Source: an uncultured archaeon
GTDB taxonomy: Archaea > Asgardarchaeota > Thorarchaeia > Thorarchaeales > Thorarchaeaceae
Reading direction: 5' to 3'
Length of the DNA stretch: 64,000 bases
Assembly (NCBI GenBank): GCA_964558645.1
Contig: CAZLEV010000012.1
Location: forward strand, 55,700 to 119,699
Part shown: piece by piece, positions 30,747 to 40,853 of the stretch
Layout of the letters: every line of letters starts with the position of its first letter
Position numbering within the stretch: the stretch's first letter is position 1
The notes under the pieces: model-generated
The model's database searches: none
What the model was told of the DNA's origin: nothing
The model's input: only the letters and a program-made list of their open reading frames with translations
Made by a program: the position numbers and the translations under genes

Positions 30747-31262
30747 TTAAGTGTGTTTCATGGGTCTACTTCGAGCCTTCTGGAGCATCTCACGGGTCAT
30801 CTTCTCAAACGCACGCTCCACATTCTCATCTTCCTTGGCGCTCGTTCGAACGAGGGTCAGATCATGGCGTTCTGCCACAGATTCAGCCAGACCGTCAGGC
30901 ATCTTGCTCTCTAGATCAATCTTGTTCTCAATGAGTACGAGGGGAATCTTGTCGGTAACGCTGTAAAGGGCTTGTATCCATTCATCAATCCGCTCAAGTG
31001 TCTCCGGACGTGTCGTATCAAAAACAAAGAAGGCACCGGTAGCGTTCTGATAGTAAGCCTTCCTGAGCTGTGCAAAGTCGTTTTGGCCGGCGATGTCCCA
31101 TACGACAAGTTTGACTCGTGTGTCATCAACGTCCATGGTCTTGACATGTATGTCCGTGCCGATAGTCGCCAGATAGTCGCCCTCGAAGCTGTCGTAAACA
31201 TAACGTCCAACCAGAGACGTTTTGCCCACTGCCCCTTCACCAAGAAAGACAAGTTTGAACAA
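30747..31262 (-). CDS. Rab-like small GTPase
   Basis: GEGAVGKT, YLATIG, WDIAGQ, ENKID, TSAK; the frame extends upstream (LQPADYLFK), so the true start is probably CTG 31280/31283. Confidence 0.92.
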   Translation of the reverse strand: MFKLVFLGEGAVGKTSLVGRYVYDSFEGDYLATIGTDIHVKTMDVDDTRVKLVVWDIAGQNDFAQLRKAYYQNATGAFFVFDTTRPETLERIDEWIQALYSVTDKIPLVLIENKIDLESKMPDGLAESVAERHDLTLVRTSAKEDENVERAFEKMTREMLQKARSRPMKHT

Positions 31263-31530
31263 GTAGTCGGCGGGTTGCAGCAGTCTTACTCTCCAGATGG
31301 CATTGCTTGACTGATTAGGGTACGACGCTCAGATAAAACTATCGTACCCGAGTTAACCGGTAGATAGGAGAAATCAGCAGGAGGAATAGACTGAAGGTAG
31401 TTCTCTGAATAACCAATTCTGATTCTATCTCCCACATAAAACCTACACGGAGAATGGGCGTCAAATACAAACATCACTCGTACCAAAACTAACAAAAAGA
31501 CACATATCCAACCGGAATCTGGGTCTTCAA

Positions 31531-32322
31531 ATGGAGATAGGTACCTTCGCACGTAATAACGATCAGATCAAAGATGCATTGAAGCATGACCCGGACTTCA
31601 TCGACCTTCGGATGGACCTTGCTCACAGCATAACGTTCAGCGATGCAACCGAAGACCTTGAAGATGCCGGCGTTCCATGCACACTCCACTTGCCCAGTCA
31701 CCCTAACTGGAAACCGATGGACCTGAGTCAGGAAATCGTACCCTACATAGACATTGCAGCAGATATTGGTGCAGAGCTTGTCACAATCCATTCCACCCTC
31801 TCGACCCTCATGTACACAGACGAAGACATAGACACGTTTCTAGACGCTGTACACCTAGCAGTAGATGCAGCCGAAAACGCGGGAGTGCCCATCGCCGTAG
31901 AGACCCTTGGTCTCTATTATACTGAACTGACTCTTCTGTTTGACTCACAACCATCCATGCAGCTCTGCCTAGATATTGGTCATGGGCAAATCATGGCACA
32001 TAGGAACCGATCATTGGGACACGTAGATTCCTTTTTTGACCGAATAGCTATGGTCAATGTTCACGATAATCATGGCGAGAAGATGATCGAGGAGGTTCTA
32101 GAACAGAGGAAGAAGCGAAGGTTATCCCGCGAGGAGATCAGAGAACTCGCACACAAGTATGATGAGCACCTCCCGATTGGCGAGGGTGATATAGACTTTC
32201 AATCCATCTTCCAACAGCTAAAGCAACGAAACTATGATGGGCGCTTCTTGATGATGTGTGCGGATCCAGCAAGATTCCCTGAAGAAAGAGAGAAATTCAT
32301 GAGTCTCTGGCTCAATGCCTAA
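31531..32322 (+). CDS. Sugar phosphate isomerase/epimerase (xylose isomerase-like TIM barrel)
   Basis: AVET, CLDIGH, HDNHG and HLPIGEGDIDF motifs. Confidence 0.85.
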   Translation: MEIGTFARNNDQIKDALKHDPDFIDLRMDLAHSITFSDATEDLEDAGVPCTLHLPSHPNWKPMDLSQEIVPYIDIAADIGAELVTIHSTLSTLMYTDEDIDTFLDAVHLAVDAAENAGVPIAVETLGLYYTELTLLFDSQPSMQLCLDIGHGQIMAHRNRSLGHVDSFFDRIAMVNVHDNHGEKMIEEVLEQRKKRRLSREEIRELAHKYDEHLPIGEGDIDFQSIFQQLKQRNYDGRFLMMCADPARFPEEREKFMSLWLNA

Positions 32323-33362
32323 TGTGACTTGGCCATCGAATCCACAAGACGCAAAACCTCTTTGAGCCCACCTTTGTCCTTAGCCTTCTCAAAGAGAAAG
32401 CGTGCAATTCTTACTGAGCGCATCGCGTCATCGTCTTTTCCCTGAACCACAAAGAATCGCGCCTGCTTCAGACGAGCATGACCCATCGCGCTGTAGACCT
32501 CAGACGGATAGTCAAACGAATCGGCTAGTACCATTTCTCCGCAATTCGGGCAGGGAATGAGAGTATCGGGAGTGATCTCGCTTGTTGTGGGAACAGCAGT
32601 CCGTTGTGTTTCTTGAGCGTCCTCGTCGCCAAGTTCCGTATATTCTAGGCCTCCCGAGTCTCTATCCTCTGCAGATATCACAGGAATATCCTCGTCGACC
32701 TCCTCATACTTGGCTGACCGAAACTCGCTCATCTCGCCACTCTCTGAACTCAGAGTCTTGGATAGCTTTTCAGTTTCTTTCGAATCCATCGAATCTCTAA
32801 CAATGGCCGAGTGGGATCCGAGTATCTTCTTCTCCGCATCGTTAGACTCTTCATCTGTAGTCTCAGATGCAATATGGTCAGACTCCAGCGGTTCCGAGAT
32901 ATCAGGAGCGTGAGGACTTCCGGTTGTTTCAGAGAGCATTTCTGCTGTTTCTTGTTCTTCAAGCAGACCCCTCACATCACTGGCTCTGAGCATCCTAGAC
33001 TCAACAACACCTGAGCTTGGTTCGTCAAAACCAACCTCTTCGGCTCTGCGGAAGGCCTCCTGTGCCTTCTCAAGTTCGGTCATCCCACGACTCTTTCCGG
33101 TCTTGCGAACTCGGTCGCGAGACACCTCTGAAGGTCTCACCCATCTGTCCTCTGTTGTAACCGAAGTTGTATCAGAGGGAGTCGGAGGTTCCTTGGGCCC
33201 TTCCTTGTCGTAAGTTGCCTTCGTGGTGACTTTGCCTGTTTCGCGAGCAGAAGGCTTCGAAATCTCACTGACTTTGCCAGCCTTGACTAGCTTCGCTCCA
33301 CACCTGATGCAGAACTTGCGAAGGTCTTGATTGGCCTTTCCACATTCCTCGCATACCCGCAT
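32319..33362 (-). CDS. Zinc-ribbon domain protein with long acidic disordered centre
   Basis: CEECG...FCIRCG at the N-terminus, CPNCG near the C-terminus, helical tail. Confidence 0.75.
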   Translation of the reverse strand: MRVCEECGKANQDLRKFCIRCGAKLVKAGKVSEISKPSARETGKVTTKATYDKEGPKEPPTPSDTTSVTTEDRWVRPSEVSRDRVRKTGKSRGMTELEKAQEAFRRAEEVGFDEPSSGVVESRMLRASDVRGLLEEQETAEMLSETTGSPHAPDISEPLESDHIASETTDEESNDAEKKILGSHSAIVRDSMDSKETEKLSKTLSSESGEMSEFRSAKYEEVDEDIPVISAEDRDSGGLEYTELGDEDAQETQRTAVPTTSEITPDTLIPCPNCGEMVLADSFDYPSEVYSAMGHARLKQARFFVVQGKDDDAMRSVRIARFLFEKAKDKGGLKEVLRLVDSMAKSH

Positions 33363-33940
33363 GCAATCACCTACAAGAGATAATACTGGTCATATCTTGT
33401 ATGTGGATTCTGATATACATTTGCTATGTCAGGAATCTAGGCCGTGAAGGTGAAATAGTAACATGCAGTAGACATCTAATTCTAAGCGGATTGCATGACC
33501 AAAGGCCTCGAGTTTGCAGGCCAGATCTAGTGCGATGTTTCGGATATTGACCGAATCATTGAGCACAAGCTTGCATGATAGGTGTTATCGAAAGTGTTCG
33601 AGCTCAATGTATTGGGGCTAGCCGATCTAGACATGGGCGCCATGAATGGAATGCGTCTAGATGGCTCTGTTGACAAGACCAGTATGAGGTGGGCAGAAGT
33701 ATGGACAGACACAACCTATACGGAAGCGCCCCTCATGGCACATTAGCGAATGGCTGATGAGGGGCTAGAAACTTCCAAGGGCGCCTATATTGTGACATAC
33801 CGGGATACAGGATACTGGTTCCGAACTCCGGAAGCTTGGATTGGAGATAGCAATTTCAGAGCAGGTATGTAAATGAGACCGTTGGCAGATTGGGCTTCGT
33901 ACCTGGGCCTATCCCAGCTTGAGTGAACGGTTCAATCCAG

Positions 33941-35155
33941 TCACCTAACAGATGCTTGAATAGATGCAGCACGCTTGCACACAAGACTGTAGCATTCCGG
34001 TAGAGAGGTACTGCTCTCAACTATAGTGCAGATCGGGTCACCTCGCTTCACCCTTACACCCTTGGGAGACCTGTCATGTGTTCCCTTCCATTGTGAAAGG
34101 TCGGGTAAGGTTCCTCCACGCCGGGAGTAGACAATCATCTTCACTGCGGGCAGGTATGTAGGAATCCTATCGGGCAACATTCCCTCACAGGCTGAGATAT
34201 GCATGTGACTGACGTTGATATCACTGGAAGCCTCAAGCATTTCAATTGTCCCTTGGATTCGGGGATTGACCTCCATGAGCCAGCCGGCTCCCACATAGTC
34301 TATGACCAAGTCGATCCCATTAGACCCTAGAAGCCCGAGTTCCGCGCATAGATGGGCACACGCCGACCTCAGGTGCTCAGTAGTTTCCTTATCTAGCGCT
34401 GGCGGAAGGTAGTTGCCGCAATAGATGAAATCGCAGTTTCTGCCTGCAGAAGGGAGGCCGATGAGTTGCCCCTGTAATGAGAGAGCGACAGCATCATCTC
34501 CTGTCCCCAATACGCTGCAACTGATGTCTAGCCCGGGTATATATTGTTCGATGACCCGACTCAATTGTCCCTCTGAAGCCAGAATGTGTCCTCCGATATC
34601 TTCCATCAAGTCACTGTTTCTCACAAGCCGAATACCAGCACCGCCCCCAGACTTGTGAGGGCGTATCAGACAGGGGTAGCCAACCTGCTCAGCCGACTTG
34701 AGTGCCTCTTCGAGCGAAGTTACTGAATGCCTCTCTGGTGTCAGAAGATCCATCTGTTTCGCCAGCTTGGCCACCTTACTCGAATCTCTCGCTCGCAAGA
34801 GCAAATCTGAACTGTTCCCTGTCAAAGGACAGGCCTCCTCTATTATCTTAAGGCTCTCGGGATGATCGTCGAAGGAACTCCCCACGATGACATAATCCAT
34901 CTTGGAACAGTCGAAGTTGTTAATCAGATTTTGAGCAAGAGAACGGTGAACGGGCTCTTCGAGGTCAGTTCTATGTCGCTGGTCTGGACGTGCATTGAGA
35001 ACAGAAACCCATCTGTGACAACACGATGACAGATCTTCATCACCCCAATAGTCGGATACGTACACCTGGGCACCTGCAATCTTCAGCGAACACGCCAGTG
35101 GACGGGCATTGAACCCCGCTACTGCAATTCTTTTCCCAGACAGAGGTTTCTTCAT
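33941..35155 (-). CDS. ATP-grasp family carboligase (COG2232-like)
   Basis: DYWGDED, GGGAGI, EQYIPG, YCGN and EVNPRIQG motifs; start moved from 35302. Confidence 0.85.
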   Translation of the reverse strand: MKKPLSGKRIAVAGFNARPLACSLKIAGAQVYVSDYWGDEDLSSCCHRWVSVLNARPDQRHRTDLEEPVHRSLAQNLINNFDCSKMDYVIVGSSFDDHPESLKIIEEACPLTGNSSDLLLRARDSSKVAKLAKQMDLLTPERHSVTSLEEALKSAEQVGYPCLIRPHKSGGGAGIRLVRNSDLMEDIGGHILASEGQLSRVIEQYIPGLDISCSVLGTGDDAVALSLQGQLIGLPSAGRNCDFIYCGNYLPPALDKETTEHLRSACAHLCAELGLLGSNGIDLVIDYVGAGWLMEVNPRIQGTIEMLEASSDINVSHMHISACEGMLPDRIPTYLPAVKMIVYSRRGGTLPDLSQWKGTHDRSPKGVRVKRGDPICTIVESSTSLPECYSLVCKRAASIQASVR

Positions 35156-35223
35156 CACATAGTCAGTAGGCCAAAGACACGATGTCCACATAAGAACATC
35201 GCCAACTGCGGAGATGACATGAT

Positions 35224-35556
35224 TTGAAGAAGGTTCATGAGTCTGAACTCGAAACCAATCGAGTATTTGGGCAAACGGGCTATGTGGATGTGATGGATGC
35301 AATTGACGGTTCAGTCACCGCAGGCGTTCGCCTAGTGGGCCCGAATAGCGAGGTTCCGGCCCGTCCACACTCCCATGCTGATGCACAGATAGTCTATGTT
35401 CTCACTGGTAGGCCGCAAATTCAGAATGAGAAGGCAACTCTCCAGCTTCGTCCGGGTGATTTCGTCATCCTAGAACCATTCGAAGAACACTACATCCTGA
35501 CAGACGAACTTGAATCCAAGATATTTGAGGTCAAGTTCCCTCAGATAGACCAGTGA
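35224..35556 (+). CDS. Cupin domain protein
   Basis: PHSHADAQIVYVLTG...LRPGDFV...EEH. Confidence 0.85.
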   Translation: MKKVHESELETNRVFGQTGYVDVMDAIDGSVTAGVRLVGPNSEVPARPHSHADAQIVYVLTGRPQIQNEKATLQLRPGDFVILEPFEEHYILTDELESKIFEVKFPQIDQ

Positions 35557-35637
35557 CCACTAGAAACCAACCATTCGCACAAAGCTTATACCTAAGAGAA
35601 TAGAGTTGATTCATTGACTTGGTCTTGAGGTAATGAA

Positions 35638-37212
35638 ATGCCAGATGATAAAATGACCGAAAAGGAGAAGGCAGCGCTGCAGGAGTCCCTCAGAGAGGCC
35701 TCTCTCTCGGACAGAGATATCAGGCTGATGGTTCAGGGCGAAACTGAAACCGGTGAGCCCATTTCGACCGACGAGGCAGAAGACATAGTGCTGGCTGCAT
35801 CGTCAGCATTGGAATTTGTGGAGGGACTAGAGGCTCCCGAGCCTAAGGCCGAAATACGAGGCGCAGACGCAGTAGCAGGCTTTGATGCCCTTCTCCAGAA
35901 ACTGGAAACTCTCAGGTCAGACATTTCCTCACTGCAGCGAGGTGTAGTAGGAGTCTTCGCATCACAGCTACTTGCTTTCAGGGGTCGCGTCATTGAAATC
36001 AAGTCAAGCATATCTGAAGAAATGGTCGAGAAACTCAAGATGCCCATGATGAAGGGATTCATTGAGACATCATTTGCTGAAGTCGTTGATCAGGAGTTTG
36101 GAGCACTGGAGAAGGAACTCGTTGACAAGATAGTTGAACAGACCCAAGAGAGGTTCAAGGAGTTTGCCTCAAGAGTCAGAGAATCAGAAGTAGACCTACG
36201 ATCCACCATTGTGGAACAACAAGACGTTGTCCGATCATTCATGGAGAGTCTCGAAGAAGACAGTGCATCCATTAGACAGGAAGTAAAGGAGAAGGAAAAT
36301 GAAATCAAGAGACTCGAAAAGGAAATCGAGAAACTTCACGCTCGCATTGACATGGAGGCCGCCTCCGAGACAAGTAAAGAAGAGCTCAGCAGAAAGGTGG
36401 GCGAATTGGAGGCACACGCAGCCAAACTTGAACAGGAGCTAGAAAGAAAAGACACAGTCATAGAAACCCGTGAAGAAGAGATCAAGAGCGCCAAGGAAGA
36501 AACGGCGGAAGTCCAGATGAAACTCGGTGAGGTCCTCAGTCAGCTTGAGGTTTACAAGACAGAACGTGAGATGGAAACTCCGGCGGGAAGTAAGACAGAC
36601 GCGGAATATGAGGCGCTTCAAGAGAAAGTCGAGCTTCTGGAGAACAAGCTGGGCGAGAAACGGGAAGAAGCAGACAAGATCGCAGCCACTGCCAAGGAGC
36701 TTGAGATGAAGCTCGACGAAGCTGTAAAAGAGCAAAAGGCGGCAGAAGAGGAAGCAAAGAATCGTCTTGACGAGCTTGAGTCGATGCAGAATCGGATAAT
36801 GGAAGTGAAGGAGCTCGAAGAGGAAGTCTACGAGCTAAAGCAAAGCCTTGCAGAGCAAGAGAAGGAGATGCATGTTCTCGAGATGCAAGCCACTGCCTTC
36901 GAGAAAGCAACTAGGCTCATTGAGAAAGAGAGAGATATGGCCCTCCAAGAGAGAGACCTTGCGAAAGAGAGGACAAGGCGTTACATTCAGGTTCTCGGGA
37001 AGGAGGCCAACACTAAGGTATTGCTTCTAGTGGATGAAGTGGGTTCTATCAGCTTTGCAGACTTGGGAAAGGCTTTAGGGGTTCCTGCAGGCCTGGCTGC
37101 GAAGTATGCACGTGAACTTGAGAAGCAGGGCGTTCTGAAAATCGAGAATGAAAAGGCAATATCGACCCTCGAGGATTTGGACATCGAAGAGGGAGAAGTC
37201 AAGGTAGACTAG
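35638..37212 (+). CDS. Long coiled-coil protein with C-terminal winged HTH
   Basis: E/K-rich heptads over about 300 aa; C-terminal GSISFADLGKALGVPAGLAAKYARELEKQGVLKI. Confidence 0.8.
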   Translation: MPDDKMTEKEKAALQESLREASLSDRDIRLMVQGETETGEPISTDEAEDIVLAASSALEFVEGLEAPEPKAEIRGADAVAGFDALLQKLETLRSDISSLQRGVVGVFASQLLAFRGRVIEIKSSISEEMVEKLKMPMMKGFIETSFAEVVDQEFGALEKELVDKIVEQTQERFKEFASRVRESEVDLRSTIVEQQDVVRSFMESLEEDSASIRQEVKEKENEIKRLEKEIEKLHARIDMEAASETSKEELSRKVGELEAHAAKLEQELERKDTVIETREEEIKSAKEETAEVQMKLGEVLSQLEVYKTEREMETPAGSKTDAEYEALQEKVELLENKLGEKREEADKIAATAKELEMKLDEAVKEQKAAEEEAKNRLDELESMQNRIMEVKELEEEVYELKQSLAEQEKEMHVLEMQATAFEKATRLIEKERDMALQERDLAKERTRRYIQVLGKEANTKVLLLVDEVGSISFADLGKALGVPAGLAAKYARELEKQGVLKIENEKAISTLEDLDIEEGEVKVD

Positions 37213-37556
37213 AACTCGATAGACCTGTCACCACTTCTAAAGGACTGAACTATCTCCGACCAATATTGAGCCATCTTCTCCAGTGCCGATGACATGTCTG
37301 TTACCAGACGATACTCTCCAAGACGTTTCTCAACTAGCCCGACGTCTCGCATTTTCCTAATGACTTTGACATATAGACCTCTGCTTGACAGTACGAAGCG
37401 TTCCCACTCTGAATCTGGAACAACGCCATCGGACCTCACGATCACGTTGAGTATCTTGGCTGCTTGTTCTACCTGCATCTCTGTGAAAAAGATGTAACGC
37501 AGAAGATGTTTGGGAGTGATCAGTGACGGCCGCTTTACCAAGTCAATCTTCGCCAT
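37209..37556 (-). CDS. Small winged-helix-like protein
   Basis: YVKVIRKMRDVGLVEK...YRL wing pattern; start moved to ATG 37556. Confidence 0.65.
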   Translation of the reverse strand: MAKIDLVKRPSLITPKHLLRYIFFTEMQVEQAAKILNVIVRSDGVVPDSEWERFVLSSRGLYVKVIRKMRDVGLVEKRLGEYRLVTDMSSALEKMAQYWSEIVQSFRSGDRSIEF

Positions 37557-37633
37557 ATTCGGAAACCGAATACAAACGATGTGCCACCAAACATAAGGGT
37601 GAGTATTACCTTGTCCAACTTGCAATGAATGGT

Positions 37634-38629
37634 TCATGAATCTCCTACGCGAAAAGACCTAACTCCAAGCATAGCGGCCGTACCTGCAATCAGCACCGCA
37701 ATGGCTCCAATGGTGGAGAAAGCGGGAGTTGCAAATCCCAAATACAATATGACAAATGCGGAAGCAAGACACAAAGCAAGAGGGATGGCTTGAAGGGGTG
37801 TCCTCAAGCGAGATAAAGCAAAGACTAGAATGAAGAACCCATATCCCACCGCTGCAAAGGCCAGCGCCAAAGCCCACATCACAGCCAAGAACTCGAAGAG
37901 GCCGTAGAGGAGTATTCCTGCTTGAGGAACGAAGTAGGCGATTATCAACCAGATGATATTGAACATAATGATTGCTCTGAGCCCGGGAATTGCATTGCGG
38001 ATATCCACATCGCTAGGAGCATTAGAGAACATTATCGTCATTGCCAAGAAGGCCACAATCCAGAAGACAGGATTAAGGACAGTGAGCCCCGCAAACGTGT
38101 AAAGGAACAGATATACAAAATCAACAATACGAATGATTGGATAGGCTGGATCATTGAGGAGGACAGGATTGGATTTCATCTCAATCAACTCGCCAAGCAG
38201 AACTAATGCTTGACCTCCTATACCTGGAGACCCGGGTACCAAGTATGTGACACCCAGCGCAAAGAAGACCAACAGTACAAGTGAAACTACTACAGGGGCA
38301 AGATTGATGATTGTGCTCTTGATAGCACTCGCAGGCCGCCTATACTTGACATAGCCAAGAACGATTCCTTCATCGGTGACCTCAACGTTGATGGGTTTGA
38401 ACTCGACAACTGGAGTTCCCGTGAGAATGCATCCCAGCCAATGCGAAGACTCGTGCAGCGCCACTCCTGGACCTACTAGGAGATACCATGCTCTGGAACC
38501 GATCTTGCTCACTGTACCAAGAAGGCTTCGGGATATCTTCTCGAGTAGCCATCCTAGACCCCACACAATGAAGAAAAGAACCACCGCAATCAAGACTAGA
38601 GTGAAATATGCGTTCACTATTCTAAGCAT
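37634..38629 (-). CDS. Membrane protein, putative HExxH zinc metalloprotease (M50-like)
   Basis: GPGVALHESSH, LGYV, LAP and PSDVD motifs; multiple TMs. Confidence 0.7.
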   Translation of the reverse strand: MLRIVNAYFTLVLIAVVLFFIVWGLGWLLEKISRSLLGTVSKIGSRAWYLLVGPGVALHESSHWLGCILTGTPVVEFKPINVEVTDEGIVLGYVKYRRPASAIKSTIINLAPVVVSLVLLVFFALGVTYLVPGSPGIGGQALVLLGELIEMKSNPVLLNDPAYPIIRIVDFVYLFLYTFAGLTVLNPVFWIVAFLAMTIMFSNAPSDVDIRNAIPGLRAIIMFNIIWLIIAYFVPQAGILLYGLFEFLAVMWALALAFAAVGYGFFILVFALSRLRTPLQAIPLALCLASAFVILYLGFATPAFSTIGAIAVLIAGTAAMLGVRSFRVGDS

Positions 38630-38744
38630 CTCCCGATTATTCTCTAGATGTGACCTTCAACTAGGCCACCTATATTACCTGTAAAAGACGTTGAGGACTA
38701 TTTTAGCGTTTTCAGGGGATGTATCGTTATAGTCTCCGGGTTTC

Positions 38745-39023
38745 TCAGCCGAACGCTTTCATAATCGCCTCAGCCATATCTGAAGCAGTGAAGCCAACTG
38801 CATAGGCAGAATTTGCGTCTAAGGAAGACTGTACTCTACTGGCAATCTTGTCCTTGTCAAGAGGGCACCCAAGTAAACTCTCCTCTATCTCCGGAAGAGT
38901 ACTCTCGGGGTGCAAGAAGAAATCTCCGGTAATGATAAGCTTGGATATTCGGTCATCCTCTACTGCAACTCTCACCTTGATGAGCTTGCCTCCGGGAACC
39001 TTATAGCTGGATTCGTACACCAT
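38745..39023 (-). CDS. lplB: Lipoate-protein ligase C-terminal subunit (LplB)
   Basis: KVPGGKLIKV and ITGDFFLHPE motifs. Confidence 0.85.
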   Translation of the reverse strand: MVYESSYKVPGGKLIKVRVAVEDDRISKLIITGDFFLHPESTLPEIEESLLGCPLDKDKIASRVQSSLDANSAYAVGFTASDMAEAIMKAFG

Positions 39024-39025
39024 TT

Positions 39026-39799
39026 CTACCTCAGAAAGTTCCAAGTCATTGTTCCGTATTTCGACTCTGCGAACTCAGAAGCGCGCCTCATCTCAAGATC
39101 TGTAAGACCCGCAACATCGAACTGAACATCAAGAGCCTGAGAGAACCCGGTCTTGAGAGCTTCACTGAGCTCCTCAATTGATACATCTTCATCAAGCAGT
39201 TGTCGGAGAGAAACAACCCTCTGCTTCACGTCGGTCACCAGTTTGTCAGATATCTTCTCAGGATCAACCTTCAGTATTGAGAACATTGTTTCGATGTTCA
39301 AATCAAGCAGTGTTGTTCCATGTTGGAGAACACACGAATGCCGACGAGTCTGAGCGTTACCGGATATCTTCCGTCCCTCAACGATGACATCATTGATTGG
39401 ACAGAACTCCGCTTCAAGACCAAACACCTCAAGCGCAGAGATGACACCACCACACAGAATCTTGTATGACTCCTGAATGTCAAAAGGTGCCACGCGATGC
39501 CCCTTGGGGACAATGACACTGTAGGTCACTTCGCCATCATAGTCATGATAGACTGCCCCACCCCCTGTCAGGCGTCGGACCATGTCAATGCCATTCTTCT
39601 TGCAGTATACGACATCAACTTCGTCATCCATGCTCTGAAATGTGCCTATAGAAACTGCAGATGGTTTCCATCTGTATAATCGAAGCGTAGGGGGTGCCAA
39701 TCCATCCTTCACAGAGAGCATGACCGCCTCATCTATAGCCATGTTCTCCTTTGCGCTGTGAGTTTCGAGTTCGACTAGTCTGAAGGTCTCCTGTTTCAA
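39026..39799 (-). CDS. lplA: Lipoate-protein ligase catalytic subunit
   Basis: NMAIDEA, RRLTGGGAVYHD, KISGNAQ and LQHGT motifs. Confidence 0.92.
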   Translation of the reverse strand: MKQETFRLVELETHSAKENMAIDEAVMLSVKDGLAPPTLRLYRWKPSAVSIGTFQSMDDEVDVVYCKKNGIDMVRRLTGGGAVYHDYDGEVTYSVIVPKGHRVAPFDIQESYKILCGGVISALEVFGLEAEFCPINDVIVEGRKISGNAQTRRHSCVLQHGTTLLDLNIETMFSILKVDPEKISDKLVTDVKQRVVSLRQLLDEDVSIEELSEALKTGFSQALDVQFDVAGLTDLEMRRASEFAESKYGTMTWNFLR

Positions 39800-40782
39800 A
39801 ACAGCTCGGTCTCCTGAATTGCCTCTTGAATTTCTTCATCGTTAAGGGGACGAGGGTAATTGTACATTGCTCCTCTCGGTCTCTCGTTATAATACGGCCG
39901 GTTACAGCCGGGACAACCCGAGGTCATGAACGGCACTCCGAGTGATAAGGCTTCCTTCAGTTGAGGCTTGAGAATGTCAAGAGTCACTTTCCCGTTGGGA
40001 CTCACAACCAAATCCTCTTGAGTGATGTCCCCAGTAGAGGCAAAATGCCTTACTACCTGAAGTCTCCTGTAGGAGGAGAGTGAAGGTGGACCCTCATGCT
40101 CAAGAGAAGTCCCCTCGATACTTGTGAAGGCAAATAGCCCAACGCGAATACTCATAGAGTAGAGTTTCAGAATCATCCTTGCCGCTTCTTCCTCCGATTC
40201 GCCAAGACCAACGATGAGATGCGTTGTCACATGACCCTGACCAAAGATGTCCAGAGCCGTTCTTAACGAGCGCAAGTGAGTTTCCCAGGTGTAGCCGCTC
40301 CTACGTCCTCGGCCCTTAATCTGATCGAACAACCCTGCTGTACAGGCATCCAATGCAATGCCGATATCGGTTGTGCCCGCCGCTCTTAGCCTCATCATTG
40401 CTGATTTGGGGATGGGATGGATGCAAACTGACATGGGCTCGTCGTACACCTTGCGTACCTTTCGGATGATTTCTGTTGCATCGTTGTCAACACCGGGGTA
40501 ATTCAGACACTGAAGACATACTCGTTGAAAGAGGCCAAGGGAATCTGAGTGACCTATGACCTCTGATAGCATGAAATCTGGCCAAGCTATTCGAGATAAT
40601 CTATCGACCTTCGAAGTACTCGACTGAGCCTGAGGACAGAAAGCACAGTCTGCACTGCACCTGCCCTCGTGATAAGTCATGAAGAACGCAGTGGTGGGGG
40701 GAACATCGAGTCTGCCCTCTGTGAGACCCATTCTTATTGCAGTGCCCAAGGACAGGCGCAGTTTTTCCACTGAAGTCATCAT
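39796..40782 (-). CDS. lipS2: Radical SAM protein, archaeal lipoyl synthase subunit LipS2-like
   Basis: CSADCAFC cluster motif, LSRIAWP, C-terminal TSGCPGCNRP; overlaps lplA. Confidence 0.8.
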   Translation of the reverse strand: MMTSVEKLRLSLGTAIRMGLTEGRLDVPPTTAFFMTYHEGRCSADCAFCPQAQSSTSKVDRLSRIAWPDFMLSEVIGHSDSLGLFQRVCLQCLNYPGVDNDATEIIRKVRKVYDEPMSVCIHPIPKSAMMRLRAAGTTDIGIALDACTAGLFDQIKGRGRRSGYTWETHLRSLRTALDIFGQGHVTTHLIVGLGESEEEAARMILKLYSMSIRVGLFAFTSIEGTSLEHEGPPSLSSYRRLQVVRHFASTGDITQEDLVVSPNGKVTLDILKPQLKEALSLGVPFMTSGCPGCNRPYYNERPRGAMYNYPRPLNDEEIQEAIQETELF

Positions 40783-40853
40783 GAGGTTCCTGTTGCTTAT
40801 TTGCTATAATCATACCGAAAGGGAAAGAAACGAAACCTAGGCGAAGGTCAGAA

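Noticed and set aside
33495-33872. Protein-like plus-strand frame in the 580-bp gap, considered as a pseudogene or recoded gene
   Set aside because: Four internal stops in 126 codons is close to random expectation, and no family motif was recognised
35638-37212. SMC/Rad50 call for the coiled-coil protein
   Set aside because: No Walker A/B, signature or hinge/zinc-hook motif
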